In this document: in pieces, positions 9,195 to 18,796 of the stretch
How positions within the stretch are numbered: position 1 is the stretch's first letter
Layout of the letters: each line of letters opens with the position of its first letter
From: an uncultured archaeon
GTDB lineage: Archaea > Thermoplasmatota > Thermoplasmata > Thermoplasmatales > Thermoplasmataceae
Direction: 5' to 3'
Length of the DNA: 64,000 nt
NCBI GenBank assembly: GCA_000965745.1
Contig: CP009479.1
Coordinates: 992,001-1,056,000 of the forward strand
Program-made: the position numbers and the translations under genes
Notes under the pieces: model-generated
Seen by the model: the letters and a program-made list of their open reading frames with translations, nothing else
Database searches by the model: none
Told to the model about the DNA's origin: nothing

Positions 9195-10313
9195 TTATTT
9201 TCCACTGTTCATTTCTGCAATTCTTCTTACTGCTTTCTCTATATCTTCACCAGTATTGTAGAAATGCGGGGCAATTCTAAGCCCTATCCCTCTGCTCGAA
9301 GTAATGATCCCTTCGGATCTGAGCCTGTTCTCCATCTGGTGGGGCTCATTGACTACAAAGGAAACCATGGCTCCCCTCTCTTCATCATTTTCAGGAGATA
9401 TTGTTTTAAGCCCAAGCTCTGAACCGAGATCCATGGCTTTTCTTGTAAGGCTTGTAATCTTCTCCCTTATTGATGGCACACCCTTTTTCAGGATGACCTT
9501 CAACCCGGTGATGCTTGCATACAAGGCAGGAATTGCCCAGGTGCCAGACTGGAACCGATCTGCACTGTCAGCATATTCCAGTTTCTCAGCTCCAAACTGG
9601 AATGGGTCTTTCTGTGAAAACCACCCTATGTAGGCAGGTTCAAGGTTTTTTATCAGCTCTTTTCTCACATAAAGAAAAGCCAACCCGGGAAGTCCAAGCA
9701 GATATTTTAGAGTACCAGCTGTAAGATAGTCCATGTCCATCTTTTTCACATCAATGGGGACATTCCCAATTGACTGGTAGGCGTCGACATAGATCTCAGA
9801 ATTGCCTGAGTGTGCGTATTCACCTATCTGCTTCACGTTCTGCAGGAACCCGTTAAGCGAACTTACGTGTACCGCTGAAACGAGTCTTGTTTTTGGATTG
9901 ATCACTTTCTTGTAATCTTCGGGCTCAATTCTGTAATTCCTGTTTTTAAGTGTAATCACTTTGGCTCCAAACTTTTCCTGACCCAGAAGGACGTGATTGG
10001 AGGTGGGATATTCCATGTCGCTGATCACAAGCTCGTTCTTCCTGCTGTACTCGAAGGCGCTCAGAAGAGCCCCAAATGCAGAGGAAACTGAAAAATGCGG
10101 GGCAACCTCCTCCGGGTCTGCGTTAATCAGCCTGGCGAAAAGCTCCTTGACCTCAGAAACTTTCTGGACCCATGAATCCCAAGGGTTCCCGAATTCAATC
10201 AAATCCTGTTTATACTGCTCCATGGAATCAATCAGGCCCTGGTAAACCGGGGTGTGTGAACACCCCGCCAGGTAGGTGGTCCTGGTCACCATTTCGAAAT
10301 CTTCACTGCTCAT
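9195..10313 (-). CDS. Aminotransferase class V PLP enzyme, kynureninase-like
   Basis: DAYQSIG, GTLKYLLGLPG (PLP Lys), GWFSQKDPF, RFQSGT, LRIAPHFYN; no persulfide-Cys loop. Confidence 0.82.
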   Translation of the reverse strand: MSSEDFEMVTRTTYLAGCSHTPVYQGLIDSMEQYKQDLIEFGNPWDSWVQKVSEVKELFARLINADPEEVAPHFSVSSAFGALLSAFEYSRKNELVISDMEYPTSNHVLLGQEKFGAKVITLKNRNYRIEPEDYKKVINPKTRLVSAVHVSSLNGFLQNVKQIGEYAHSGNSEIYVDAYQSIGNVPIDVKKMDMDYLTAGTLKYLLGLPGLAFLYVRKELIKNLEPAYIGWFSQKDPFQFGAEKLEYADSADRFQSGTWAIPALYASITGLKVILKKGVPSIREKITSLTRKAMDLGSELGLKTISPENDEERGAMVSFVVNEPHQMENRLRSEGIITSSRGIGLRIAPHFYNTGEDIEKAVRRIAEMNSGK

Positions 10314-11685
10314 TTTTCTTACCCGTCCTGAGATAGTATAGGTATGCTATCGAGAAAAATATTACTGTAACTACTCCGGAGGGTATTGTGATTTGAATTC
10401 CCGGTGTGAACCAAGTGCTGATCAGGACAGAAACAAGAAGCCCTATTCCGATAACACTGAACACTGGAGCCCCTTTTATGTGGTACTGAAGCTTCGCCCC
10501 CTGGGAGGCTCTTCTTCTCCTGAACGAGAGATGGCTGATCAGGATTATGATCCACGTAAAAATTGCTCCGAACACAGCTATTCCGAAAAGGTCCAGATAC
10601 GCAGATGTTGCACCAAAGCTGTAATCAAGATAAATCGAGAACGCGATTCCGATTGCAGCTATGATCAGTGCATTGAAGGGGACCTTGAACCTGTTCAGTT
10701 TCCCGAATGCGTCAGGTGCCCTCTTGGCTCTTGAGAGAGAGAACAGCATTCTTATCGTGAGGTAAATGTCTGTGTTGCTGCTTGACAGTGCTGCAGTCAG
10801 CACAACAAAATTCATCAGTGCTGCAGCAAAGGGGATTCCAATAAGGCCAAAAGCTGTTACAAACGGGCTCTCTGAAACACCGGCCTGAGTCCATGGGACC
10901 ATTCCAACCATGATGAACAGGGATATCACGTAGAAAAGAACCAGCCTTACAACCATTCCTCTCATTGCCCTTGGAACACTCTTGCCAGGGTCAGAGGATT
11001 CACCAGCAGTTACTGCAACAACCTCCACACCGATATAGGAGAAAAGAGCAACAACAGTCGCAAGCCATACGCCTTTGAAACCATGGGGGAAGAACCCTCC
11101 GAACGCTGTGTAGGCTGGTGTTATTCCGAACCTTGTAGCGCTAAGGAGCACGAATCCTCCCAGGATTATGAACACGATGATCGTAACGACCTTTATCATG
11201 CTGAACCAGTATTCGAAGGTTCCAAACGCTTTAACAGCTATTGCGTTGACAGACAGAAGGAGCAGTGCAAATATGCCAATCCAGACCACGGGAGTTACTC
11301 CGGGGAACCAGAGCTGCATATATATTCCGGCTGCAACCATCTCACCGCCTATTGCAATTATCTGAGCAAACCAGTACACCCATCTCACAATAAATCCGGC
11401 ATAATCGTTGATATAGGTTTCAGCGAAATTACCGAAAGAACCAGCGGAGGGCATCTCTACAGACATCTCTGAAAGGGCTATCATAACTGTAAGTGCTATG
11501 AAAGCGCCTATCATATATGAGAAGACAACTCCGGGGCCAGCGAGGCCAACGGCGAAACCACTTCCGAGGAACAGACCTGTTCCAATGGCCGAACCAATAG
11601 AAATCATCAGCATCTGCCCGGAAGTAAGTTTTCTCTGGAGTCCAGCTTCCCTCTCCATTATAGATTTTTCTTTTTCTACCATCAC
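10303..11685 (-). CDS. Amino acid permease (AAT family, GabP/ProY/AroP-like)
   Basis: LQRKL...MISIGSAIGTGLFLGSG, FGTFEYWFSMIKV, FSYIGVE, SPFV, NFVVLTAALSSSN; overlaps the PLP gene. Confidence 0.93.
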   Translation of the reverse strand: MMVEKEKSIMEREAGLQRKLTSGQMLMISIGSAIGTGLFLGSGFAVGLAGPGVVFSYMIGAFIALTVMIALSEMSVEMPSAGSFGNFAETYINDYAGFIVRWVYWFAQIIAIGGEMVAAGIYMQLWFPGVTPVVWIGIFALLLLSVNAIAVKAFGTFEYWFSMIKVVTIIVFIILGGFVLLSATRFGITPAYTAFGGFFPHGFKGVWLATVVALFSYIGVEVVAVTAGESSDPGKSVPRAMRGMVVRLVLFYVISLFIMVGMVPWTQAGVSESPFVTAFGLIGIPFAAALMNFVVLTAALSSSNTDIYLTIRMLFSLSRAKRAPDAFGKLNRFKVPFNALIIAAIGIAFSIYLDYSFGATSAYLDLFGIAVFGAIFTWIIILISHLSFRRRRASQGAKLQYHIKGAPVFSVIGIGLLVSVLISTWFTPGIQITIPSGVVTVIFFSIAYLYYLRTGKKNEQ

Positions 11686-11689
11686 TATT

Positions 11690-11895
11690 CACCATTAAAC
11701 AGGCACAACTTCTTATTTCCAATTCGAAGGCATGCCCGTACTTCTCCAGAACAAGAAAACCTGCTGCGGATGCCGCCTCCATCCCAGAAATAACATCGGA
11801 GAGAGTACTTGCCCAATCCGGTGCAGGATTGCGCGGCATGCTATCCCATGGGTCTCAGGATTGTACCTCAGTGGACACAGGTCTACAAAGGTCTT
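11690..11895 (-). pseudogene. Possible frameshifted remnant of a DsrE-family protein
   Basis: Joining two frames gives IACRAILHRIG/STLSDVISGMEAASAAGFLVLEKYGHAF, resembling the DsrE C-terminal AC...dli.Gve...aG pattern; by eye only. Confidence 0.25.
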
Positions 11896-12398
11896 GAACT
11901 AGATTGGTCGTACATACAATTTGCAACTATAAAAATTCTTCCGTAAACTGAAATATAAAACTTAAAAATAGTTAGATCTCACAAAAATAAACAATTATGG
12001 ATTTAATTATATAAACTATTTGTAAAACATATCTCGATACAAACTTGAAAATCTTATCATACCCATCAACGGTCTGGAAATATTCTCATATCTATTGGCG
12101 CATAAAGTAATGCTATATTTGGTATAACTACATTTCTCATGCATTTCTCATTTCAGAGTCTTCTTTCAGTAATTTATTCCAAAAGTGACTTGTCACCGGG
12201 CTGATAAGTTTTTTAAGATCACCAAATTGCAGCATTTTATGGAAGTGGGTTCGGCTGATCTATGTAATTTGCCGTAAGACCGGTCTCCACCACATAAAAT
12301 ACACGACTTAATTCGAAGCATAATTATATTTTAATATTTCTTCAACTGAATTATTCAAGGTATAAAGTTTAATAGGAGGTTTTCAATCGATAAATGGC

Positions 12399-12599
12399 AT
12401 GTTTCATGCTGGCGATAATCTGAAAAAGATGCTTGAAAGGGAGATTGCGTATTACAGGGCACAAAATGAAAATTTGAAGAAAGAGTTGTCTGACCTTGAG
12501 AAGACATACAGCAACAACAGGACGAGATTGGAGATTATCAGCGTAGATTATGAAGAAAGCGAGGAAATGATAAGAATCCTCAAATCCCTGACAAAATAG
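12399..12599 (+). CDS. Hypothetical coiled-coil protein (66 aa)
   Basis: AGGAGGT upstream; heptad-rich charged sequence. Confidence 0.7.
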   Translation: MFHAGDNLKKMLEREIAYYRAQNENLKKELSDLEKTYSNNRTRLEIISVDYEESEEMIRILKSLTK

Positions 12600-12607
12600 G
12601 TGATGTA

Positions 12608-12946
12608 ATGATTCTCGATAAACTTGAAGATATCATGGACCTGGATGACAGTGAAAGAGAGGAGTTCCGTGATAACTACTTCCAGTACGAGGATGAGATC
12701 ATGGAACTGGTAAAATTATACCAGAAGAATCAGGAGATGAGCGAGAAGAAGATTCGCCTCCACTCCCAGCTGGCCAGGTTCAATTTTGACATATACGAGA
12801 CCTGGATGGAGTTGCACAAGAATGCCATAACGCTGAGCTCATACAGGGCAGAGATCAATCTGAGGAGCATAGACATTGAAAAAAGCCTCATGAAGAAACT
12901 GGATGAAATCATCGAAAAGTATGTTCTCATTGAAAAGTTTGCATGA
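12608..12946 (+). CDS. Hypothetical helical/coiled-coil protein (112 aa)
   Basis: AGGTGA SD overlapping the previous stop; protein-like composition. Confidence 0.75.
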   Translation: MILDKLEDIMDLDDSEREEFRDNYFQYEDEIMELVKLYQKNQEMSEKKIRLHSQLARFNFDIYETWMELHKNAITLSSYRAEINLRSIDIEKSLMKKLDEIIEKYVLIEKFA

Positions 12947-12990
12947 GAGACAGCAAACTTAATCAGTGAAGGCGGATACTATATTCAGCA

Positions 12991-13377
12991 ATGAGTGCAA
13001 AGCCAGGACCAGACATCTGGAACAGCATAGTCTCCAAAGTTCTGATATGCAACAGGATGATTATCCCAAAATTTCTTCCTGACGGGACGGAAATGCCACA
13101 CCCTACTGAGAGTGGGCTTTTCAGGAAATCTGTTGGGGAAAGGAAAGGGCAGGTTGCAGATTGGAGGGCCTCTGTCAGCGGGTCAGACAGGGGAGTGCAT
13201 GTAGTCGAATTCAGGAACTGCTATTCCATCCACGTGGACCAGTATGACCCCTACAAGAAGCCGGTCGAGCACATAATCTACGACAGTCCCAGGACAGGTG
13301 CAGCATTAGCGATTGCAGGTTTGGGAATACTCACTGCTGCAAGAGTCCTGTCAAGAGCTAGACGGAAGAAGCTATAG
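12991..13377 (+). CDS. Hypothetical protein with H-x-D-x-x-D-P...H...D-x-P motif and C-terminal membrane anchor
   Basis: Shares motif set with 31211..31702. Confidence 0.8.
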   Translation: MSAKPGPDIWNSIVSKVLICNRMIIPKFLPDGTEMPHPTESGLFRKSVGERKGQVADWRASVSGSDRGVHVVEFRNCYSIHVDQYDPYKKPVEHIIYDSPRTGAALAIAGLGILTAARVLSRARRKKL

Positions 13378-13436
13378 AACTGCTGAATCCCGATTGGCTG
13401 CACCATGAATTATTACATATATCAGTAGCATATGGG

Positions 13437-15074
13437 TTGCATGGTATGGAAGGGGCCATATTTTACCTGTATATTCTTGGTGCTGTTCTTGCAACGTTCG
13501 CAAGAATATGGCTTCTGATGGGCGTTTCCATACTTATAGCTCTTATCATGGGCATACTGGCTGCAAGGGTAAGATCGGCTGGGGCAATTATCATACCTCT
13601 TACAAATGTACTTCAGGCGGTCCCGGTAGTATCGTTTTTTCCCATCATACTCGTCTTCTTTCTTGTGAGAGTTCCGGGCGGGCTTGGAATTGAACTGGCC
13701 TCTGATTTTCTCATCATCACCGCCCTTGTATGGAACCTCATACTTGGAGTCTACGAGGCTGTAAGCCACATTCCGGAGCACTTCGACAACGTGGGGCGCG
13801 TTTACAGGATAAGCCTCTGGAGCAAGATAAAAAAACTGTACATGCCGGCCTCGTACCCTACGATTGTGTCAAACATCATGCCTTCGTTTGCAAGCGGGCT
13901 TTTCTACATAACCCTGAGTGAGGTGATAGCGATTGGGAGCAGGACATACCAGGTCTTCGGGGTAGGGGGCATAGCACAGGAACTTGTGGCCTCATACAAT
14001 TTCGGTGGGGTGCTCGTGCTTCTTGGGATGCTCGTAGTGGGAATATCCCTGAATTTCTATTTCATCATAAACCCGCTTCTAAAGAGAACAGAGAAATACA
14101 CTTTTGACACGACGGCTGCAATAGAAAGCCGGGAAGAACGCCGTATCAGGGAAAATGTGTTCCTGTCCAACATATCAAGAAGGGTGAATCAGGTTGTGAA
14201 TACCAGTGTCAGCGCTGTAACTGCCATCAACAGGTTCATGAATCCAAGGTCCCGTCGTGAAAGGAGGAGGTCACAGTTCCCCATACCTGAAAGGTCTCTC
14301 AATATTGTAGTAGGCCTGCTTCTGGTAGCTTCACTTTCAACCATAGTCTACCTCATTGCCAGATCGGGCTTTGCCGAGGCCTTCACCTCCTATTTGCTGA
14401 ACATCGGGTTCATAAAAAGCCTCATTATCGGAGTTTCGTACGATCTTCTCCGCGTGCTCATAGTATTCGCACTCTCACTCGTTACCATGGTCCCTCTTGC
14501 GATGTATTTCGGCAACAAGGGGCAGAAAAGCAAGATGTCCACTGGCGTATTCCAGATACTCTATTCCATACCTGCACCAATTTTTTACCCTCTGATTGTA
14601 GTCTTCCTCACTCCATTTCTCGCAAAATATATGGGGGCGGACCTGGCATTCGAGGTCAACGTGATAATAATAACATTTCTTTCGGCAGCTGCATACATAT
14701 TCTTCAACGTTTACGGAGCAGTCAGGGCTATTCCCACTGAACTCAAGACTGTCACCAAAGTCTTCGGCCTCAAACGCTCCAGGATTACAAGATACCTGAC
14801 ATTTCCTGCCAGCATTCCGGCACTGATCACAGGTTCTATGGCCGCAATAGGGAGCTATTGGGGAGGGTTAATGGTTGGAGAATATACTGTTGTAGGTGAT
14901 ACCCATTATTCTGTCTCAACCGGCCTGATGGCAATGCTCGACAAAGCAATTGCGACAAACAACCTGCTGGAGGCGGATGCCATCGACATTTTCATGGTCG
15001 TAATTATTGTGGCAATATCATTCCTGCTCTTCAGGCGCCTCTACTCATACTCGAAGAGAAAATACACATATTGA
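13437..15074 (+). CDS. NitT/TauT-type ABC transporter permease with two fused permease domains
   Basis: LQAVPVVSFFP..WNLILGVYE and ILYSIPAPIFYP..FNVYGAVRAIP..PASIPALITG repeats. Confidence 0.88.
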   Translation: MHGMEGAIFYLYILGAVLATFARIWLLMGVSILIALIMGILAARVRSAGAIIIPLTNVLQAVPVVSFFPIILVFFLVRVPGGLGIELASDFLIITALVWNLILGVYEAVSHIPEHFDNVGRVYRISLWSKIKKLYMPASYPTIVSNIMPSFASGLFYITLSEVIAIGSRTYQVFGVGGIAQELVASYNFGGVLVLLGMLVVGISLNFYFIINPLLKRTEKYTFDTTAAIESREERRIRENVFLSNISRRVNQVVNTSVSAVTAINRFMNPRSRRERRRSQFPIPERSLNIVVGLLLVASLSTIVYLIARSGFAEAFTSYLLNIGFIKSLIIGVSYDLLRVLIVFALSLVTMVPLAMYFGNKGQKSKMSTGVFQILYSIPAPIFYPLIVVFLTPFLAKYMGADLAFEVNVIIITFLSAAAYIFFNVYGAVRAIPTELKTVTKVFGLKRSRITRYLTFPASIPALITGSMAAIGSYWGGLMVGEYTVVGDTHYSVSTGLMAMLDKAIATNNLLEADAIDIFMVVIIVAISFLLFRRLYSYSKRKYTY

Positions 15075-15094
15075 GGACAGGGGAGGTCGGAGAG

Positions 15095-15682
15095 TTGAAA
15101 AACTTACTTATGCTCGACTTATAAGATATGGGCCTGAGGGGAACGCTGTCCGGTTCAAAGGTGCGGCAATCAGGCTTTCCTGCGAGCTGATTGTCACGGC
15201 AGTTGGAGCTTATTTTTCATACACATCAATCGGGATACCGATGTACAACGCCAATGAAAACGTCATCAGTTCCACAGTCACTTCACTGGTCTATTCATTC
15301 CTTCTGGTCTTTGGAATCTATGTTTTCAGCACTGATCTGTCCATTCGGCTGGAGAAGCAACGGCCGTCCGCGCTTAAAATCGTTATACTATCAGGAGTCG
15401 CTTTATCAATAGTCTCTCTGCCATTCTTGATTTACTATGACTTCTATTACAGTTACTCTACGGTGATCTCAGGATCTCAACACTATCTACCCATATGCTG
15501 TTCAACCCGGCATGCCATTCTTGCTGGGTCTGTTCATCGCCTTCATTGCATGGAGCCAAATGTTTGTGCGGTGGGCCAGAAAAGGAGGCATAGGCGTGAG
15601 AGCCAGGCGTTTTGTAAGGACCTCAAAATACAGTGTGAAAATCCCGTTCAGAGACAAGGATGGTAACCATGACGACAAATAA
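15095..15682 (+). pseudogene. Frameshifted multi-pass membrane protein
   Basis: GGAGGT then TTG at 15095 is out of frame with the TM-rich body; a +1 shift near 15470 restores a TM plus basic tail (DLNTIYPYAVQPGMPFLLGLFIAFIAWSQMF...DDK*). Confidence 0.45.
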
Positions 15683-15708
15683 ATTGTTTGAGAATTGGGT
15701 CTTAGGTT

Positions 15709-16062
15709 CTACATCTCTTTGAAAATTTCGTCGTATATGTTCGGAGGTTCCTCTTCAACAACAGGCGCGTTTGCCGCTTTGTAGATATTACTCTTCTTGT
15801 ATACCCATTGGTTAACTCTCCAGGTCTTCCCCCTGAAGATATTCACCTCTTCCCTGTGCGGTTCAAGGAATCCAAATTCCTCTAGATTGTAGAAAATATC
15901 TCTCTCTGGGGCGGACAGCGTGTTGTCTAGAACGTAGTCGTCGTAGCCGAAGAAAGAAAGAACGAAGTCGCAGAGGTCTTCCACGTCTCCGTGAGCCATC
16001 CCCTTTCGGCCGTATGTTTTTTCGAGTGCCTTAATTAAAATCTCTCTAGTCATAACGGCCAT
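15709..16062 (-). CDS. Conserved Thermoplasmata protein (DUF6015-like)
   Basis: FFGYDDYVLDN.L...ERDIFYNLEEFG.L...REE....GKTWRVNQW. Confidence 0.75.
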   Translation of the reverse strand: MAVMTREILIKALEKTYGRKGMAHGDVEDLCDFVLSFFGYDDYVLDNTLSAPERDIFYNLEEFGFLEPHREEVNIFRGKTWRVNQWVYKKSNIYKAANAPVVEEEPPNIYDEIFKEM

Positions 16063-16166
16063 ATGGAATCTTGCATATAATATATCTAAATATATTAAGC
16101 TTGTCCCAATTTGTTAATGGTTCTACGAATTACGTATTGTTTAAAAAAGCCTTAAACTACCCAGTT

Positions 16167-17105
16167 TTAGAGCGTTATCACCTCTGCTGACACGTTTTCT
16201 AGTGCTTTAAGCGTAACGTTGTTGCTCAGGCTGAATACATCATCTTCATTCAGCTTGGTATTTTCCGGGGTTTCAAGGAGCCCGCTGCCTTTTAGCATGC
16301 GCAGGACCGACTGATTCCCGATCTTTATCTCTGCCTTCTCCCCGGACTTCACGAAGTATTCCTTGATCTCCTTTCCGTTCTGGGAGAAGATTGTCTTCGT
16401 GTAGCCCCACTCTTCATCCTCCCTGTTTGAATACTCCTTTCTGATTATCTCCAGATCCTTCTCGCTGTCAACTCCAATCCACATGGTCTCTTCCCTGTAT
16501 GCACCAGCCATTTTCAGGTTTGCAATCTGCGGGAAAACTGTTGTCTCTATGTCTTTGTTCAGGTATTCCTTGAAAAAATGGGGAAAGACATCTTTCTTGA
16601 TGTAGTACAGCCCAGAGTTGATGTAGTAGTCCAGGTAGGGTTTCTCAACGAAATTCACTATCTGTTCACCGAGTGTTTCCACAACGCCAAACGGGCTCTT
16701 CATTCTGGAAATAAACATCACGAGGCCGTAAGGTGAATTCACGGCGAATTCAACAAACCTGTTGAAATTCATGTCCGTTATAGTGTCGCCATTTCTCAGC
16801 ACTATATCCTCATCGGAAATCTCATTCAGCAAGCCCCTGAGGGAAAAAAGGGTACCTAGGGGCTTATCCTCTCTTAAATAGTGGAATCTCAGCCCTTTGC
16901 TCTCCTTGCCGTACCTTTCCTCTATCTTGTCGCCGAGATAACCCGAAAGGATGTAGACATCCCGGACGCCCATATTTCTAAAATCGAACAGCTGCCTGTC
17001 CATTATTGTGTAGTCATCTTTAATCCGGATAAGGGGCTTAGGCACGGCATCGGTAATTGGTTTCAGTCTCTTTCCGTAACCACCTGCCAGAATGGCTCCG
17101 ATCAT
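16167..17105 (-). CDS. NDP-sugar pyrophosphorylase (mannose-1-phosphate guanylyltransferase-like) with C-terminal cupin-like tail
   Basis: ILAGGYGKRLKPITDAVPKPL, EDKPLGT, NGD, FVEKP, INSGLY. Confidence 0.88.
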   Translation of the reverse strand: MIGAILAGGYGKRLKPITDAVPKPLIRIKDDYTIMDRQLFDFRNMGVRDVYILSGYLGDKIEERYGKESKGLRFHYLREDKPLGTLFSLRGLLNEISDEDIVLRNGDTITDMNFNRFVEFAVNSPYGLVMFISRMKSPFGVVETLGEQIVNFVEKPYLDYYINSGLYYIKKDVFPHFFKEYLNKDIETTVFPQIANLKMAGAYREETMWIGVDSEKDLEIIRKEYSNREDEEWGYTKTIFSQNGKEIKEYFVKSGEKAEIKIGNQSVLRMLKGSGLLETPENTKLNEDDVFSLSNNVTLKALENVSAEVITL

Positions 17106-17171
17106 AAGACGGTAATGCACCAAGTTTATATTTAAATTCCTGAAGGAATCAGGGCGGGTCCCCCGCGGTCT

Positions 17172-17717
17172 TCATGGCATACTGTCCAGGGGTTCAGTGA
17201 CTCCTACAGTGCTCATCTGCCTGTCATTTTCTATTGCTTCCCTTACGCCATTCCAGATCTCACCATTGGTCAGCCATCGGGAACCGTCTTCCTCGATCTT
17301 GAATCCGAGCGTAACTTCCCTGTAAAGGACATTTTCGGGAAGTTGCGGGAATTTTCTGGATTGGAAATTAACAGAGCCCCTGACGTGAAAGAGTCTCCAC
17401 TTCTCCTTGGAGTGGCTGGATATCTCATCAGCCACTGCGGAAAGTGAAGCGGTGTTCCCTGATCTTACCCAGGCGACAAGAAGATCCACAGGCCCGTTCC
17501 TCCAAAGATTCTTTCTTATGGCATCAATGAGCTTATCCCGGTCACTGTAGTCGACAGAAATGGGAACAATCCTCTCTGAGAGAGGGCCGGCTTTATTTAT
17601 CAGTGCTTCGAGCCTGGACCAGCTTCTTCCTATAACGGACACGCACTGGTATCTATCAGCAAGCCAGATAACAAGATCTGAAAGCATGCCAGTGCCTCCA
17701 ATAACGAGAGCCTGCAT
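17172..17717 (-). CDS. Short Rossmann-fold dehydrogenase-like protein (Bacillus-type PRK08309-like)
   Basis: MQALVIGGTGML, VDY.D, DLLVAW, LFHVRGS, YREVTLGF....SRWLTNGEI..GV. Confidence 0.8.
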   Translation of the reverse strand: MQALVIGGTGMLSDLVIWLADRYQCVSVIGRSWSRLEALINKAGPLSERIVPISVDYSDRDKLIDAIRKNLWRNGPVDLLVAWVRSGNTASLSAVADEISSHSKEKWRLFHVRGSVNFQSRKFPQLPENVLYREVTLGFKIEEDGSRWLTNGEIWNGVREAIENDRQMSTVGVTEPLDSMP

Positions 17718-17953
17718 GATTTATAATCCCTTCTGGATATTTAGATGCTGTTATCCAGCCCAAAAAGGTTCTTTCAAGCAAACAATACCTGCAAGGAATA
17801 ATTCGGGCGCGCAATGGCAGAATCTTTGCATGCTTACCAGCTGTTCTCGGCTGTTTCACGGTTGCTAAATTCCGTTCCTGACCTTTCAGCCGATAAAAAA
17901 GCAATAAAGGTAAACCGAAAGGAATTTAATACAGATCATATTGATATTTCACT

Positions 17954-18796
17954 ATGCCAAACAAAGTCTCTGAAATCATGACAAAGGATCCCATATTCCA
18001 CACGGTTCCGAGTTCACCAAATGAGGTTGTCAAGAAGTTAATCCAGAACAGCATAACAGGTATGCCCATGGCAGATAACAAGGGCAAGTATGTTGGCATG
18101 ATCAGCAGGCGTGATATATTCAACAACCCTTCCGAAACCCAAACGGCCATGGTGATGAGGAAAGCCAGCGCTGTCCTGGATTCTGACAGCATAGAGAGCG
18201 CAGCACTTGAAATGCTCCACCAGAGGAGGAGGCACATAGCAGTCGTGAACGCGGACAATCGCATTGTTGGAATCCTGACTCCACAGAACTTCCTGCCAAT
18301 TATCAGAGAAAAGTTTGGCGACACAAAGGTCAAGAATGTGATGATGAGCCTCTGCGTCCCAATATGGGATGAGACCCCTATCAACGTTGTTCTTTACTCC
18401 ATGAGCCTCTCCGGTGTGTATTCATCGCCGGTAATCGACTCAAATGAGAAATTTGTGGGCCTCATCACTGACAGGGATATATTCGACAAGGTCGATCTTA
18501 AGCCCCAGACCATGCTGGCGGAATCAGGCATTGCAGATGATGAAGATCCCTGGTCATGGGGCGGCATAAGAAATGTAATGACATACATGATCGAGAAGAA
18601 TTACATAAAACTCCCTAAAACTCCCGTTAAGGACATAATGGTTAAGGAACCTGCTGTAGTCTACAAGAATGACAAGCTGAGAGAACTGGTAAAGACCATG
18701 GAGGTGAAAAACTTCAACCAGCTTCCGGTTCTTGAGAGCGAAGGCAAATTAATCGGAATGCTATACGACATCGAATTAATGAGCGTATTTGCATGA
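17954..18796 (+). CDS. Four-CBS-domain protein
   Basis: Repeated VSEIM/VKNVM/VKDIM and P-V-D...VG-I CBS patterns. Confidence 0.9.
   Translation: MPNKVSEIMTKDPIFHTVPSSPNEVVKKLIQNSITGMPMADNKGKYVGMISRRDIFNNPSETQTAMVMRKASAVLDSDSIESAALEMLHQRRRHIAVVNADNRIVGILTPQNFLPIIREKFGDTKVKNVMMSLCVPIWDETPINVVLYSMSLSGVYSSPVIDSNEKFVGLITDRDIFDKVDLKPQTMLAESGIADDEDPWSWGGIRNVMTYMIEKNYIKLPKTPVKDIMVKEPAVVYKNDKLRELVKTMEVKNFNQLPVLESEGKLIGMLYDIELMSVFA

Noticed and set aside
9195-10313. Second cysteine desulfurase
   Set aside because: No catalytic Cys loop (RxGHHCA or SSGSAC)
11429-11839. 136-aa ORF as an intact gene
   Set aside because: Overlaps the permease out of frame; only its 5' part looks protein-like
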